Source: Centroscyllium fabricii
Lineage: Eukaryota
DNA: 64,000 nt
Assembly (NCBI GenBank): GCA_051313645.2
Contig: JBNRSN020000003.1
Coordinates: forward strand, 159,278,001-159,342,000
Direction: 5' to 3'
Shown: piece after piece, positions 36,371 through 49,614 of the stretch
Layout: every line of letters begins with the position of its first letter
Position numbering within the stretch: the first letter of the stretch is position 1
Translations under genes and position numbers: made by a program
The notes under the pieces: model-generated
Database searches by the model: none
The model's input: the letters and a program-made list of their open reading frames with translations, nothing else
Told to the model about the DNA's origin: nothing

Positions 36371-37017
36371 ATCTCCTTTTCCTTCATTCACCTATTCAAT
36401 CTAATCTTGATTGTTGACAATAAGCCGTGAATTTCCGAGGAGCCACTCCACCACCATAACTTTGCCCAAAGTATGGCAAGAAACCCCCATTTTCTGATGG
36501 AATTCCAACAAAGTTATGACAGCGAAGCAGCAGCTGTTGCAAGGAAATTCCAGGCTATAGCTTCTGGATTAACCACTAACTCTGGAAATGTAAAGATGTT
36601 TCTTTGCTTTTCTTGTAAAAAAAAAAGAAGCGTGCAAAAGTCAGAGGTGGGCACAAAAGAGAGGGCAAGCATGAAAAGAGAGAAAAAGTAGAGAAAGAGA
36701 AATAAAGAAATTGCTGACAGTGTTGCTTATAGTAATTTTCTATGCGGTGAGCAAAATGATGCACCACAGTATGCTAATTTGAAGAGATCATGGTCAGTTA
36801 GTAGATCTTCATTTCAACACTTCTCAGACTCACCAATAGCCAGCATTGAAACCTTCTCTTCTCTGTGTGCTATAGTAGAGATTAAAAAGTTAATGCCAAG
36901 CATGATAATGTTTTCTTCATACTTGTCTTGAAAATTCTTGTAAACTATTTAAGAAAACATTTTGGCTTATTTCAATATTCCCTGCACAACCCAAATATGA
37001 CGCCTCACTGGTGAGTC

Positions 37018-37754
37018 TCAATAACAACTTGCATTTGTATAGCACCTTTAATGTAGTAAAATATCCCAAGGCACTTCACAGGGGCATAATCAGATAAACC
37101 TCGACACCGAGTCACATAAGATGATTTTAGGACATGTGATCAAAACCTTGGTCAAAGAGATAGGTTTTAAGGAGCGTCTTACAGGAGAAGCCACAATTGG
37201 TGTGGTTTTGGGAGGGAATTCCAGAGCTTAAGGCCTAGACTTGTGATGGTATGACCGCCAATGGTGGGGTGTGGGAAGTAGGGGATACACAAGAAGCCAG
37301 AGTTGGAGGAATGCAAAGTTCTGGGAGGGTGTAGGGCTGGAGGAGGTTTCAGAGATAGGGAGGAGTGAGGCCAAGGGAGGATCTGAACACAAGGATGAGA
37401 ATTTTTTTAAATCGAGGTGTTGCTGGACTGGGAGCCAATGTAGGTCATGAGCACAGGGGTGATGGGGGAAATGTGACTTACCGTGAGTTAGGATATGGGC
37501 AGAAGAGTTTTGGATCAGCTTATGTTTTTGGAGAGTGGAAGAGGAGAGGCCAGTCAGGAAAGCATTGGAATAGTTGAGTCTGGGGGTAACAAAAACATGG
37601 ATGAGGAGTTCAGTGGCAGTTGACCTGAAGCAGGGGGGAGACGGATGATGTTACAGAGGTGGAAGTAGGTGGTCTTGGCGATGAAGAGGATATGGTGTCG
37701 GAAGCTCAGCTCAGAGTCAAATAGGATGCAGAAGTTATGAAAAGTCTGGTTCAA
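37018..37754 (-). mobile_element. L2 LINE 3' fragment
   Basis: Reverse L2 tail (ACAACTTGCATTTGTATAGCACCTTTA) and ORF 37554..37754 with the L2 motif ILFDSELSFRHHI...YFHLCNIIRL. Confidence 0.85.
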
Positions 37755-38477
37755 CCAGGTATATTAAGGAAAGATAATTAGGTACGAGGCACGTGACTTC
37801 CAGATTTTGAACGATTTCTGGCATTTCCAGGCCATAACCTTAGTGTCTGCCCTCTGCTTGTGCCACCTCCCTCCCCCACCACCCTCCTGAGAGTATTGAC
37901 TTTTGATGGGGTATAGTTCAGTGAGTGCTGGCAGCTTTGCAAAGTGGTACTTCATGTGCAAGCCTAAACAGTGAGTGTTGGTAAGCTATTCAAACATGGA
38001 ATGGATCATAGATAGAGCCAATCTTGCCCTCATTAGTCATCACACATGCACATTTTCCAGCAGAGATCACTCAGTAACACACCAGCCCTAGCTTATTTTT
38101 TCCCTTCACTTGCCAAAAGACATGGAGGCCAACCACAGTGTTCCAACCAAGATCAGCCAACTTAGAATATCAAGAATCAGGCTTTGGAACTTTCTGGTCT
38201 TCATGGTTTGATTCCATACTAGGCAATGTTTTTGCCAGAGAAGTTCAGATCTTGTCGTATTATTAATTCCATTTACATTTCTTCCCACCAAACAGATATT
38301 TCAGTTACCTCACACGGGATAATAGGGGCATCTCTATTACTGCTAATCTTCAAGAAAGATATCCTGACAGGGCTTCAGTGAGGGTCAATTGGTAAAGGCA
38401 GCATATAACTGAAGCATACAGACTAGAAGGTCTTCGGTATATTTTTCGGTGCGTACTAAGTTAGTGGATTAATACAA

Positions 38478-38895
38478 TGGAATTATACAGCACAGAATAA
38501 GGTCATTATGCCTGTGCCGGCTTTGAAAGAGCTATCCAATTAGTCCCACTCCTCTGCTCTTTCCCCATAGCCCTGCAAATATTTTCTTTTCAAGTTTATA
38601 TCCAATTTTCTTTTGAAAGTTACTACTGAATTTTCTTTCACCACCCTTTCAGGCAGTGCATTCCAGAGGATAACAACTCGCTGTGTAAAAAAACCCTCAT
38701 CTCTCCTCTGCTTCTTTTGCCAATTATCTTAAATCTGTGGCCTCGGGTTACTGACCATGCGGCCAGAAGGAAAGAAGCAAAGCTTAAGTCCCAGTCCTCG
38801 AGAGAAACATAGAAGATAGGAGCAGGAGTAGGCCATTCGGCCCCTCGAGCCTGCTCCGCCATTCAATGAGATCATGGCTGATCATCCAAACTCAG
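38478..38895 (-). mobile_element. Two adjacent CR1 3'-tail fragments
   Basis: Tails begin at about 38478 and 38802 (AGAAACATAGAAGATAGGAGCAGGAGTAGGCC). Confidence 0.75.
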
Positions 38896-39714
38896 AAGCC
38901 AGGCATCCGAGGGAAAATTTTAAATCGGACTAACTTCCATACAGCAATGGAGAATTTTATTGGTAAGTTTAATGATTTTTATGTGAATTTTTTAACTTTT
39001 TACATGTTTGTGTTTGCATACCTTGTAAAATTCGAAGTTTAAAAAAATTTGCTGGCACAAAAGGAAACGCAGGTCATAACTAATGCTGTGTACTGCTGAA
39101 CCAGTAATGTTTCAATCTCATGAAGCTGACTGTCTAATATTGATTTCATGATTGGGATGGGATTGCTTTTGTTAACTACTCTGCTGGCTTGATTCCGATA
39201 ATTAGCACCCAATACGTGTGCAATATCAGGAACACTGCAACCCGAGATTACAACAGCTCTCATTTCTTTCTTTCTGCTCCCACTTTGTACAATTGTGCAT
39301 AGCTCTCTTGCCTACTTCAGAGTATCGGAGCTGTTTTATCAATCGAATTCAGTAGTTAGTGGCGGAGGTTACCATTTCCATACCTTCCGATAATTGAAGA
39401 TTCTCATGTTGGAGAATAAACATTAGACAGATTATGGGCATTCATATCTATTTATACTGATGTCTGGATTGTATTGCGAACTCTCACGATTCCATCGCAT
39501 GAGATGCGATTCCCAGAGTGAAATAAAGCTTCACTCGCGATGGAACGCCTAAATCTCACGATTAATACACTGATTTGCATATGCGTGAATCACTTATATT
39601 TTTTCACACATGCGAAATAGGCATTTATCCAGAGATTTCGGCTTTCTGAAGGTTGTTTGACCCTTAATTGTTACCAGTGTTGAAGTACAACACAGCCAGA
39701 TTGTTACATGGAAA

Positions 39715-40318
39715 CCCGCCCTGCTGCATGCCTCAGAGACATGGACCATGTGCAGCAGGCACCTCAAAGCACTGGAGAGGTACCACCAACGCTGCCTCCG
39801 CAAGATCCTGCAAATCCATCGTCAGGATAGGCACACCAACGTCAGTGTTCTCACTCAGGCCAACATCCCCAGCATCGAAGCTTTGACCACGCTTGATCAG
39901 CTCCGATGGACGGGTCACATCGTCCGCATGCCTGATACGAGACTAACAAAACAAGTGCTATACTCAGAGCTTTGGCACGGCAAGCGGGCCCCAGGTGGGC
40001 AGAGGGAATGCTTCAAGGACATCCTCAAAGCCTCCTTGAAAAGTATAACATCCCCACCGACACCTGGGAATCCCTGGCCCAAGACCGCACAAAGTGGAGG
40101 AGAAGCATCTGAGAAGGCGCCGAACACAGAGTCTCTTTGCCGGGAGCAAGCGAAAGCCAAGCGCAGGCAGCGCACGTCAACCCAAGCACTTCAACCACCA
40201 TCTGCCCCACCTGTGACCGAGACTGTCGGTCCCGCATTGGACTAATCAGTCACCAGAGAACTCATTTTTAATGTGGAAGTAAGTCATCCTCGGTTCCAAG
40301 GGACTGCCTAAGAGAAAG
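39715..40318 (+). mobile_element. RTE-clade (BovB-like) LINE 3' fragment
   Basis: ORF 39748..40245 has LERYHQRCLRKIL, QLRWTGHIVRMPDTRL and GKRAPGGQR..FKD.LK, the typical RTE C-terminus. Confidence 0.9.
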
Positions 40319-40619
40319 ACATAGAAACACTGGTACTTCACCGCAGTGAGACTGAAGCAGTAGCCTGTACTGTAGAGTGAAGGTCAAGTACAGGTACAAT
40401 TTTGCGAGTGGATAATGGAGAGAATGTATTGTTTTTGACTGTGATGTGGAGAGGTGTTAAGGGGGTGAAATGGTGGGTGTATTAATAATTGAATATTAGA
40501 CCGTGCTCCACTACAGTGAGATTTAACAGAAGTGCTGTGTTTCTGGTTGAGGGCTTCATCAAAAAGCAATTAAAAGGAGAGTATGCTCTTTGTGTAAAGT
40601 TGCATTGCTAATTGACATA

Positions 40620-41284
40620 CAGGTTGTGCACCGTTAATCCGTTACCCGATAAGCCGGCAGCTTCAGTCTTCCGGAACAAAATTGCCCCGACTGCCCTGCG
40701 CATGCGCAAAATGGCCGCCGTGATTGATGCTTCAGTGAATGATCTATGCATGGATTGGATTGGATTCGCTTTATTGTCATTACACAGTACAAGTAAAATG
40801 CAACGAAATTAGGTGTGTCCAACCAGAGTGCAAACAGCAGTTATATGCCCCGCCGAACGATGAGCGCATGCGCAGATCATTTACAATGGCCGGCGAAGTT
40901 TTTAATGATCTGCGGGCCTTCTGGAGCCTCGCCTCACCGAGCCGGGCCTCACCTTACCGAGCCGGAGCTTCCCGAGCCGGGCCTCGCCTCGCCTTACCGA
41001 GCCGCACCTCACCTTACCGAGCCTTCCTGCGCCGGGCCGGGGCTTCCCGAGCCGGGCCTTGCCTTACCGAGCCGGAGCTTCCAGAGACGGCCCTCGCTTT
41101 ACCGAGCCGGGCCTTACCGAACGATAAGCGCATGTGCAGATGACTCAAAATGGCCGCCGGCCTTTCACGGTGGCCATCTTGAATGGTCTGCGCATGCGCT
41201 CGCCGAAGCTTCAATCGTTCGTGATTTTCACTTTCCCGGCACGGGCCTGGTCCCGCCCGTGCCGGATTAACAGTGCTCAACCTG
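40620..41284 (-). mobile_element. pogo/Tigger-like MITE, family A, inverted relative to 831-1435, with a ~95-bp LINE-tail insert
   Basis: TA|CAGGTTGTGCACCGTTAATCC ... GGATTAACAGTGCTCAACCTG|CA; the insert at about 40751-40845 begins (TGGAT)n CGCTTTATTGTCATT. Confidence 0.9.
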
Positions 41285-42019
41285 CAGAATGAATGGAAAG
41301 CTTGGACTGTGATGCAGGTCTTTACTACTTTAACAAACTATTTTTTTATAAAACAGAGGCTACTGACTGAGATTAGAGATTGAATTTGAGTGCTTCAGGC
41401 ATGGAGCCATACCCAACAGGAACCCTGTGATTGTGAACGTTTTCTTGCCTTGCATGAGGTGATTGTAAACTGGCAAATCTCCGTCAAACCAAACAGACAA
41501 GACATGGTGGAAAGATATGGCAAAAATGAAAGAAATTCAGGGTTAAAGCTTTTTCCAAATTTCTAATTGCAACACTTTTTTTTTTTAAGTCAACAAACAC
41601 GTTAATTCTATCTCACACCCCCACCACCAACACCGCCCCCCCCCCCAACCCAACCCAAGCAAAACTAGGTATCTTCTAGCAATGCATAAAATCAGAATTT
41701 CAAAATTCTAAATTTTACCAAAATATAATGGAGTTAAGTATTAAATACCCTTGCCGCTGCATAAATTGTTGAGAAAGACAAGTTTATGTAATAATTGAAT
41801 TGTCCTTTCCTTTAAAGCTTAGTATAGTTTCTTGGGAGAAAAAAAGTGTAAATATTGCTTTTCATAGTGAAAGATTTTTTCACAAAATGATGTAATTAAG
41901 CAGCTATGTTCCAGAAAGATTAACGGTCAAAACAGAGCGAGGCCAGCTGACAACAGCGGAGCCACCGATCCACCTATACCTGCTCCTATTTCTTATGTTC
42001 TTATATTCTTATCTCAGTA

Positions 42020-42559
42020 CAGGAAACTCTTTGTTATCTGGCACCAACGGGACCGGTGTGTTGCCGGTTGATCAAAACTTCCGGATGATAAAGAGGGTTA
42101 TCTACCGAGGCTATTTTTAAACAAAGAAAAATTTAAAAATTAGGAAATGTGCAATATACAGTAATTGGGTACTCACCTACAGAATGTTGTGTTAAATGGA
42201 TGGTGGAAGATGCTTGATTAAGAACAGTACTGCCAGTTGCGGGTAATGCAATGCAATAACTACCAGCAGTGTGGGAGACACACTATACCCCTGTAAAACG
42301 GCGGATCAGAAGAGAGTACCGACAGGGCAGGAGAGCCAGTCTCCTGTTACAGGGGTATTGAGGTGTTCAGACTCCCAACAACGTCAAGAAGCCGAGTAGT
42401 GGCAGTTTGGAGAACTACCCCCACTGATTAACTCAGCCACCACAGGAGATTCGGACTCGGAAACATTGCCGGTTATTGAGGTGTTGTTTTCAGATGAGAA
42501 TTTTGCTGGTTAATAGAGAATTCTGGATATATAGGAGCCGTTTAAAGAAGAGTTTCCTG
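42020..42559. mobile_element. TA-targeting MITE, family D (pogo/Tc1-type)
   Basis: TA|CAGGAAACTCTT ... AAGAGTTTCCTG|TA with subterminal CCGG motifs. Confidence 0.85.
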
Positions 42560-43444
42560 TAATTGGTTAAGGATGGCCAAAAGTGCTTCCTGTCCGGGAG
42601 CAATGGTCAACGAGGAGTCGGGTCGGGAAAAACATAGCAACTCAGGATTTCTAGACCGAATCTCATGATTTTTTTTTATTTTTAAGTTTGTCTCCTGATT
42701 TGAGGCGATGGGTTTGGCAATCCTGTGGATACAAGTCAGACCAGTCTGGTCCCGGCCTGCACACCAATCCATGCGATTGATAAGAATCATTGGTAGAGCA
42801 CTGGGTCCTTTCTTATCGTCTGCCCCTCACACCTTGGCAGAGTAAATGCACCCTAATGTAGACATGAACCCTGCATTACAGCCTGACAAATATAAATCCA
42901 TATAATCTCTTTGCAACTGTTTTCATTTTTTAAATGGCTGAGATCTCCTCCCCTCCCCCCCGCCAGACCAAATTTTATTCTTGACCACAAATGAAAGTGG
43001 AAAAGCACCAGCAATGATTATTGGTTACAATGAATGCCTTTCTTCAGGTCAAAAACAAATCTCATTGTACTTAAAATAACTGAAGCCTGCAGGCCAAAAC
43101 GGACATTGTGTCAATCGGGAACATGCTTTTCTCACTTGCAGGTTCCCTGCAAACATATCTGATGATAGCCACACAAAAAAACACATGGCGGTGCTATATT
43201 AAAAGGACAAGCGATAAACACCTCAGGAGCAGAAATAAGCACTCTTAGGTGATATTTCCTTAACTGGATTGTCCAACAGCTATGGCTTATAGATATAAAG
43301 AACAAAGAATTAGCTATAATTGCAAAACAAACACACTTCAGCTAGCTATTAATAGAAGCCAACCGTGATCCAATTTGACAACCAAAGTCAAATTTACCAA
43401 CATGATGTCACCATCAATAAAATGCATATTTTGCATACATCATC

Positions 43445-43790
43445 CTGGCTCAGCTGATATGACTTTCGCCCTAGAATTGGGAAGTCATGGGTTTAAGACC
43501 CAGTCCAGGACTTGAGTATATAATCTAAGATGACACAGCACTAAGAGTACTGCACTGTCAGATACATAATCTTTCAAATGAGACATAAAACCTGGGTAGA
43601 AATTGATAATCTTGGGGTTCTCACAACCACCAAAGAAAATTAGTAAACTGGTCATTAATTTCATTGCTGTTTGTGGGACTGTACTGCGTGTAAAATGTTT
43701 GTTGTACCCACCTACATAGCAACAGTGACTGTGCTTTAAGCGTATTCATTGTATGTGAAGCGTTCCAAGAAATATAATAAGCTGCTTTTT
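43445..43790 (+). mobile_element. Old tRNA-headed SINE with Deu-like core
   Basis: TGGCTCAG... and GGGTTTAAGACCC head, with a core shared with 20915-21200. Confidence 0.55.
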
Positions 43791-44329
43791 CTCCCCCATT
43801 TTTCAGAGGCCTATCATTGGGGACCCTCAATCAGATACGATAGGAGCCACCTATCCTGTACTCACCAATCTATTCATTTGGGCACCATTTAAGTCAATGG
43901 CCAATTTAGGGAGAGCCTGTAGCCTTCACTTAATCTGCAGATCGGAATGTATTATGTACAGGTCACTGTGCATTTACAGATTATAACAGCCTTCTCACAG
44001 TCACCTAATCAATACACACAACTAATCAAATAGTCAGAGTCTGGTCATTGGGGAGCTTAGAACAAGATCCTGTTCATACAGATGATAGAATAATCAATTT
44101 GTGGCTATAATTTTCAGATCTGACTTGTCGGGGTGGTGGGGGATATGGGGGCAATGCAAATGAAAAATTGGTAAAGAAGCAATTCATCAATACCACAGAT
44201 TTTCTAAGTAACACCACAGACAAGTTGAAAATAAAAATCACTGTAGGGTCACCATTTAATGGACCACAGCTTAGCAGTTGCCGGTCCTGCAACAAAATCT
44301 GCCCACAGTCCCATTCTGAAAAGCAGCCT

Positions 44330-45682
44330 CAGTCAGGGTAAATGGGTCATTTTCAGGTTGGCAAATTGTAACTTCAGGTTGAGCACCGTTAATCCGGCAC
44401 CCTAGGGACCAGGCCAGTGCCGGACCACTGAAGGTTCGGGGGGAGTGCACGGGCAGAACACGCCCCGGGAGGGAGCCCAGGGATAGAACACTTACAAAAC
44501 CTAAAAAAAACAGAAACCCAAACGCCTTCGGCGCTCGCTCACCCTTCACGGGAAACGGTGGCGCCGCCGAGCAGCTGCTCCGCAAAATGAAGAGCAGCAG
44601 TTTCCAATCGTGCCAGACCACTGAAGGTGCCGGATCATCGGGTGCCGGATTACCGGTGCGCAACCTGTAGTGGAATGCCACAGGGATCAGTGCTGGGGCC
44701 TCAACTTGTTACAATCTATATTAATGACTTAGATGAAGGGAACTAGTATAATGTAGCCAAATTTGCTGATGATGCAAAGACAGGTGGGGAAGCAAATTGT
44801 TTGGAGGACACAAAGAATCTCCAAAGGGATATAGATAGGCTAAGTGAGTGGGCAAAAATCTGGCATATGGAGTTTAATGTGGGAAAATGCAACTTTATCC
44901 ACTTTGGTAGAAAAAATAAAACAACAAATTATTATTTAAATGGGGAGAGATTACAAAATGCTGAGGTAGAGAGAGATCTGGGGGTCCTTGTACATTAATC
45001 ACAAAAAGTTAGTATGCAGGTACAGCAAGTAATTAGGAAGGCAAATAGAATGTTGGCCTTTATTGCAAAGGGAATGGAGGATAAAAGTAGGGAAGCCCTG
45101 TTACAACTGTACAAGGTGTTGGTGAGACCACACCTGGAGTGCTGTGTACAGTTTTGGTTTCCTTATTTAAGGAAGGATATATTTGCATTGGAGACAATTC
45201 AGAGAACGTTCACAAGGTTGATTCCGGAGATGAAGTGGTTGTCTTATGAAGAAAGGTTGAGCAGATCGGGCCTGTACTCATTGGAGTTTAGAAGAATGAG
45301 AGGGGTTCTTATTGAAACATTTAAGATTCTGAAGGGGCTTGACAGGGTAGACGCAGAGAGGTTTCCCCTCGTGGGGAATCTAGAACTAGGGGGCATAGTT
45401 TCAGAATAAGGGGAAACCCTTTAAAATCAGAAAAAGGAGGAATTTCCTCAGAGTTTCATGAATCTTTGGAATTCTCTTCCCCAGAGAGCTGTGGAGGCTG
45501 GGTCATTGAATATATTTAAGGTGGAGATAGACAGATTTTTGAACGATAAGGGAGTCAAGTGTTATGGGGAGCAGGCAGGGAAGTGGAGTTGAGGCCAAGA
45601 TCAGATCAGCCATGATCTTATTGAATGGCAGAGCAGGCTCGAGGGGCCAAATGACCTATTCCAGCTCCGACTTCTTATGTAA
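44330..45682 (+). mobile_element. CR1 LINE 3' fragment with stops and frameshifts
   Basis: PQGSVLGP and KFADD motifs at 44670-44775; ORFs 44801..44998 and 45014..45409; 3' tail near 45660. Confidence 0.93.
44375..44667 (+). mobile_element. Short family-A MITE nested in CR1
   Basis: CAGGTTGAGCACCGTTAATCCGGCACC ... GGTGCCGGATTACCGGTGCGCAACCTG|TA; it interrupts CR1 at GTAAC(TA)GTGG. Confidence 0.9.
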
Positions 45683-46061
45683 TTCTGTAAAATAAATTTT
45701 TGAATAACTCACCATCACATTTCAAGATTTCTAATCATTTTGCCACTAAGCATAACATTTTTAATACAAATTATCAAGTTTAATTTACCTCTCAGAGGGT
45801 TAAATACTCTAAAGAAATGCTGGAGGGTGTGCATTAGAAGCGAAATGAATGAGTTTGTGGAATGGTGCTTCTTGTACATCACTCCAGTTGGAGACAATGA
45901 AAGTCATTTAGCTTTTCTTGTGGGCCATCCAGACTCAGTCTGGAAAGTTTGATTTATTTGAGCAGGAGGTATGTTATGGGGACCTCCAGCTAGAGGGGGA
46001 GCTAGTTTCACTGTCAGCCCTACTGGCCAATCACCAGAGAATCTGGGAGAGAGTCAGAGAT

Positions 46062-46320
46062 CACAATCCGGAATATGCGGTCGGAAGTGTACCTCCGAGT
46101 ATACCTCTGACCCACGATAGATCTACAAACTTACCTCCTGGCTCCAAAACTATGGTGAGTTCTGGTCCTGGGCCTGCAGGCATACGGCTGCATAAAGACC
46201 CACGGCTCCCAGGAACGCAGGCGGTTCGGAAGCGTCCCTGGGATCACGTGGGCCAGGTCCTCCATTGCGAAAGGAGGATTTCATTTACGAACGGAATCCC
46301 CATAAACCCAACTTGAATCA
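46062..46320 (-). mobile_element. Fragment of a family-C-related element in reverse orientation
   Basis: CCCTGGGATCACGTGGGCC and its flanks match the reverse complement of the family-C right arm. Confidence 0.65.
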
Positions 46321-47435
46321 CCAAATAATGAAACAATTTAGACAACTGTAATAAAATAAATGTTCTGATTTTCAAAATTAATTAAAAGTCCTTTCATTGC
46401 AGCAAATATAATAAAAATATATTTTGAAAAATAATTTTAAATATTTTAATCTGGGCCAATATTTGTATAAACTAATTTTAAGTATTTGTGCATCATTTTT
46501 AATTGTAAGATTTATAATAACCTTTATGCAGGCCCTGGTATTAGATATACAAAATAGGGGAGGTGCCACTGATGACAAATCCCAGATATGGAATATGTCC
46601 AAATACAGAGAATCTGAGTTCACCTTGTTTTTGATTACAACGTACTACAATCAATTCAATTCAAGTTTTATTGTCATTGCAGAGTACTAGCACAATACAA
46701 CGAGACGAAGATTCGACTCTCCCGAGAGTAGTGCAAATAAATTACATGCAAATACAAATGTAGCGTTTGTCCAGAGATACAGAAATTGCAGATCTGATCC
46801 GGAAAAAAAATTTGAGCACTAGCCACAGTTCCAAGTTCAAATAATTTATCATGCCACTGACTATATCCAAGTTCTTCGGAGTTAAGCACCTCACCCGGTA
46901 ATGGATGCATCCAGCAGCAGCATGAGAAATGAACACCGATAGGACCTCTAACACAAACCTGCCTAATACATGTCTCTGGAGACCAACCGGTCAAGGTAAC
47001 CACCTTGAGCAACAGAGTTCATATATTGCAGGCTCTTGAAAAATATGGTACTCTGATCACAAAAGTGTATACTATTTCTGTCCCAGTCATTGAAATCCTG
47101 GAGTCGAACATTAAGGTAGATGATTTCTAGCTGAACAATATGGAAGTTATGCATTAGAGGGATAGGTCATTTTAGCTGGGATTTCTCTTAATTGATTAGA
47201 AACTCTAGCCTCCCTGAACTCTTGACCTGCTGACTGCATCATGTTATGTGGTATTAAGTTATACAGATCAGGAAGGGCACAGCTGATCTTTGGGCAGAGA
47301 TGTGGCATTACAATTGACCTCAGAGTCCTTTGGCTGGGGGAAGGATTCCATTCCTGATCTATAAATCATTGCCAGTAAGCTTCAAAGTGAAGTTAGAATT
47401 AGGCTCATCTGTGATACATCCCTCTTGGAATATTA

Positions 47436-48174
47436 GGCCATATTTTTCGATGCCTATGGTGTGTACGCGTTGTGCGCACACCCGTAGGGACATCAGAAAT
47501 GCCTGTTTCAGGCATGTGAAGCACATACGCTGAAAACCGGCATTTCCGATCAGTCAAGAATCCTCTTAACAGATTGGACACCTGCCCTAGCGAAGGGCCT
47601 CTGCAGGGGAAGAGGTTCGTTTTCTGCTGAACCTCCGCCCGCAGAAAACCCTTAGAAATCTCACGCCTGGTAAAAGCAGGCGTAAGGCCTACTTTTGTCA
47701 GCATAAGAGTTGCATTAAAAGTGTAAAAAAATGTTTTTCCACTCATTTATAATTTTAAAATACTTTTTCTTTAAAGTTTATTTTTAGCCCCGTAAAAAAC
47801 TATTTAAAAAAAATTAATTTTGTATAAAATAGGTTATTGTAATTTTAACTCATTTTAAAAATGTGATTTTATAAAATTTATTTAATGTTTTACTGTGTTT
47901 TTGAGGTGATCTCCTTTCATATATTTGACAGGTCTATCTGTCAAGTGTATGAAGGGAGATTCTCTTCTCCTATTGGTTCCCCAAGGCCCACGTCATCCCA
48001 GGGGTGCTTGCGAAGTACATGCGCCTCTGGGATATGTGGGCCCTGCGCATTTTGACTTGAGGGGCCCAGGAGCGAAGTGTCCGGACCTCGGGAGCCCTCA
48101 GGTAAGTTAGTCGATTTTTTTCCCTGATAGGAGGCATTCGTACACAGAAAGCCTCAGATTAGAAATTACAGGCC
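47436..48174 (+). mobile_element. Family C TIR element (diverged)
   Basis: GGCC termini, AT-rich middle, and shared arms (AAAAGCAGGC..AAGGCCT.CTTT, GGCCCACGT.ATCCCAGGGG). Confidence 0.75.
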
Positions 48175-49058
48175 ATTATGTTTTACATATGGAAACTCAG
48201 GTAGGGCCTTATCTTGGACTTTTCCTTTCATTAGACAATTTCTTGACATGCATATACTGCATCTCACAGGTTTAAAAAAAATTATACAAAAATAATCAAG
48301 CCTATAAAGTGGGCAACATAAAAGATCAGTAAATAATTATTTAAGTCAAATAAATGTACTCTGAATTTATTTATATATAAATGACCTCCTAAACTAACCA
48401 CAATACATGGGTACTCATTAAAATTAAAGATCATCAACTAAATCTCCAGAACCTAATGTGAACTGAATGCATCTTGGAATGCACTTTTCATCTCCGTGAA
48501 TTCATTTTACAACATTCTGGAAGCAAAAATCTTGTCAATTCTACAGCAGAAAAAACTGTTCATTACTCTCAACAACATTCAGAATTGAATCACTTCACTA
48601 CATGCTACCTCTAATCAATAGAGAGGGAGGTTCAAAGCCATTCTAGTTTAATTTTGTACCTTACTTAAGCCACAGGAGAGACACGGTCCAATTGAACTGC
48701 TCCATCAGCACAATCAAAGCGTCAACATTTTAATCAGTTTCCTTCCTTAGCTTTCACTAACAGTTCAACTGTCAAATGTGTTTGACATTCCCAATCTCAA
48801 AGCAATCAGACTCATTCCTGTTGCTCTAAAAACCACAATTATTTTCTGTGGGGATAATTCCCTGAAATGGTGATCATTTAAATGTATATTTATGATACTA
48901 CCAACATATCCAAAACAGATGTTTAGCTTTTTAAAAACTACCATCTGCAAGCAAATCATAATCAAATTAAAATGTACAGTTATGCATATGGTTAAAATGG
49001 ATATTTAAGTCACTTTTAGTTAGATACTATACAATTGACTGGCAACCATAGGTTAATA

Positions 49059-49614
49059 CAGGTACACAATCCCTTAACCGCACATCCGAAAACCGAAAAG
49101 CTCCGAAAACCGAGAACCCGAGTTGCGCCAAAATAACTATTTTTTTCTTAAATAAATTGAAGGAAGAAACATAGAAACATAGAAGATAGGAGCAGGAGTA
49201 GGCCATTCGGCCCTTCGAGCCTGCTCTGCCATTCAATGAGATCATGGCTGATCATCCAAACCCAGCACCCCGCCCCTGCCCTCTCCCCCTATTGAGCCTA
49301 CACATATCCCACCCTATCCCCGTAACCCCACATATTCAATCCCCCTAACACCAAGGGTCAATTTATCATGGCCAATCAACCTAACCCGCACATTTGACCA
49401 GCTGCAGCATTTATCAGTGAGAAAAAATATATTTTTAACTTACAGGTTGCTGTTGATGCCATGCTGAGGAAATAAACCGTCGATATGCCGTTCCCCGACT
49501 GCGAACTGGGCCACAAACACGGAAATGCGCATGCGCACCATCAAAAAACCAAGAAATCCCCAAAACCGAGACCCGTCCGGTCCCACGGGTTTCGGGTAAG
49601 TGATTGTGTACCTG
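49059..49614 (-). mobile_element. Tigger4/Zombi-like MITE, family B, interrupted by a CR1-tailed SINE fragment (about 49165-49393)
   Basis: TA|CAGGTACACAATC ... GATTGTGTACCTG|TA; the body is the reverse complement of 9712-10094. Confidence 0.88.

Noticed and set aside
38893-39648. Possible DNA transposon with CAGAAGCC...GGCTTTCTG ends
   Set aside because: The terminal match is short and imperfect, there is no TSD and no second copy in the window; it may be a repeat but cannot be supported.
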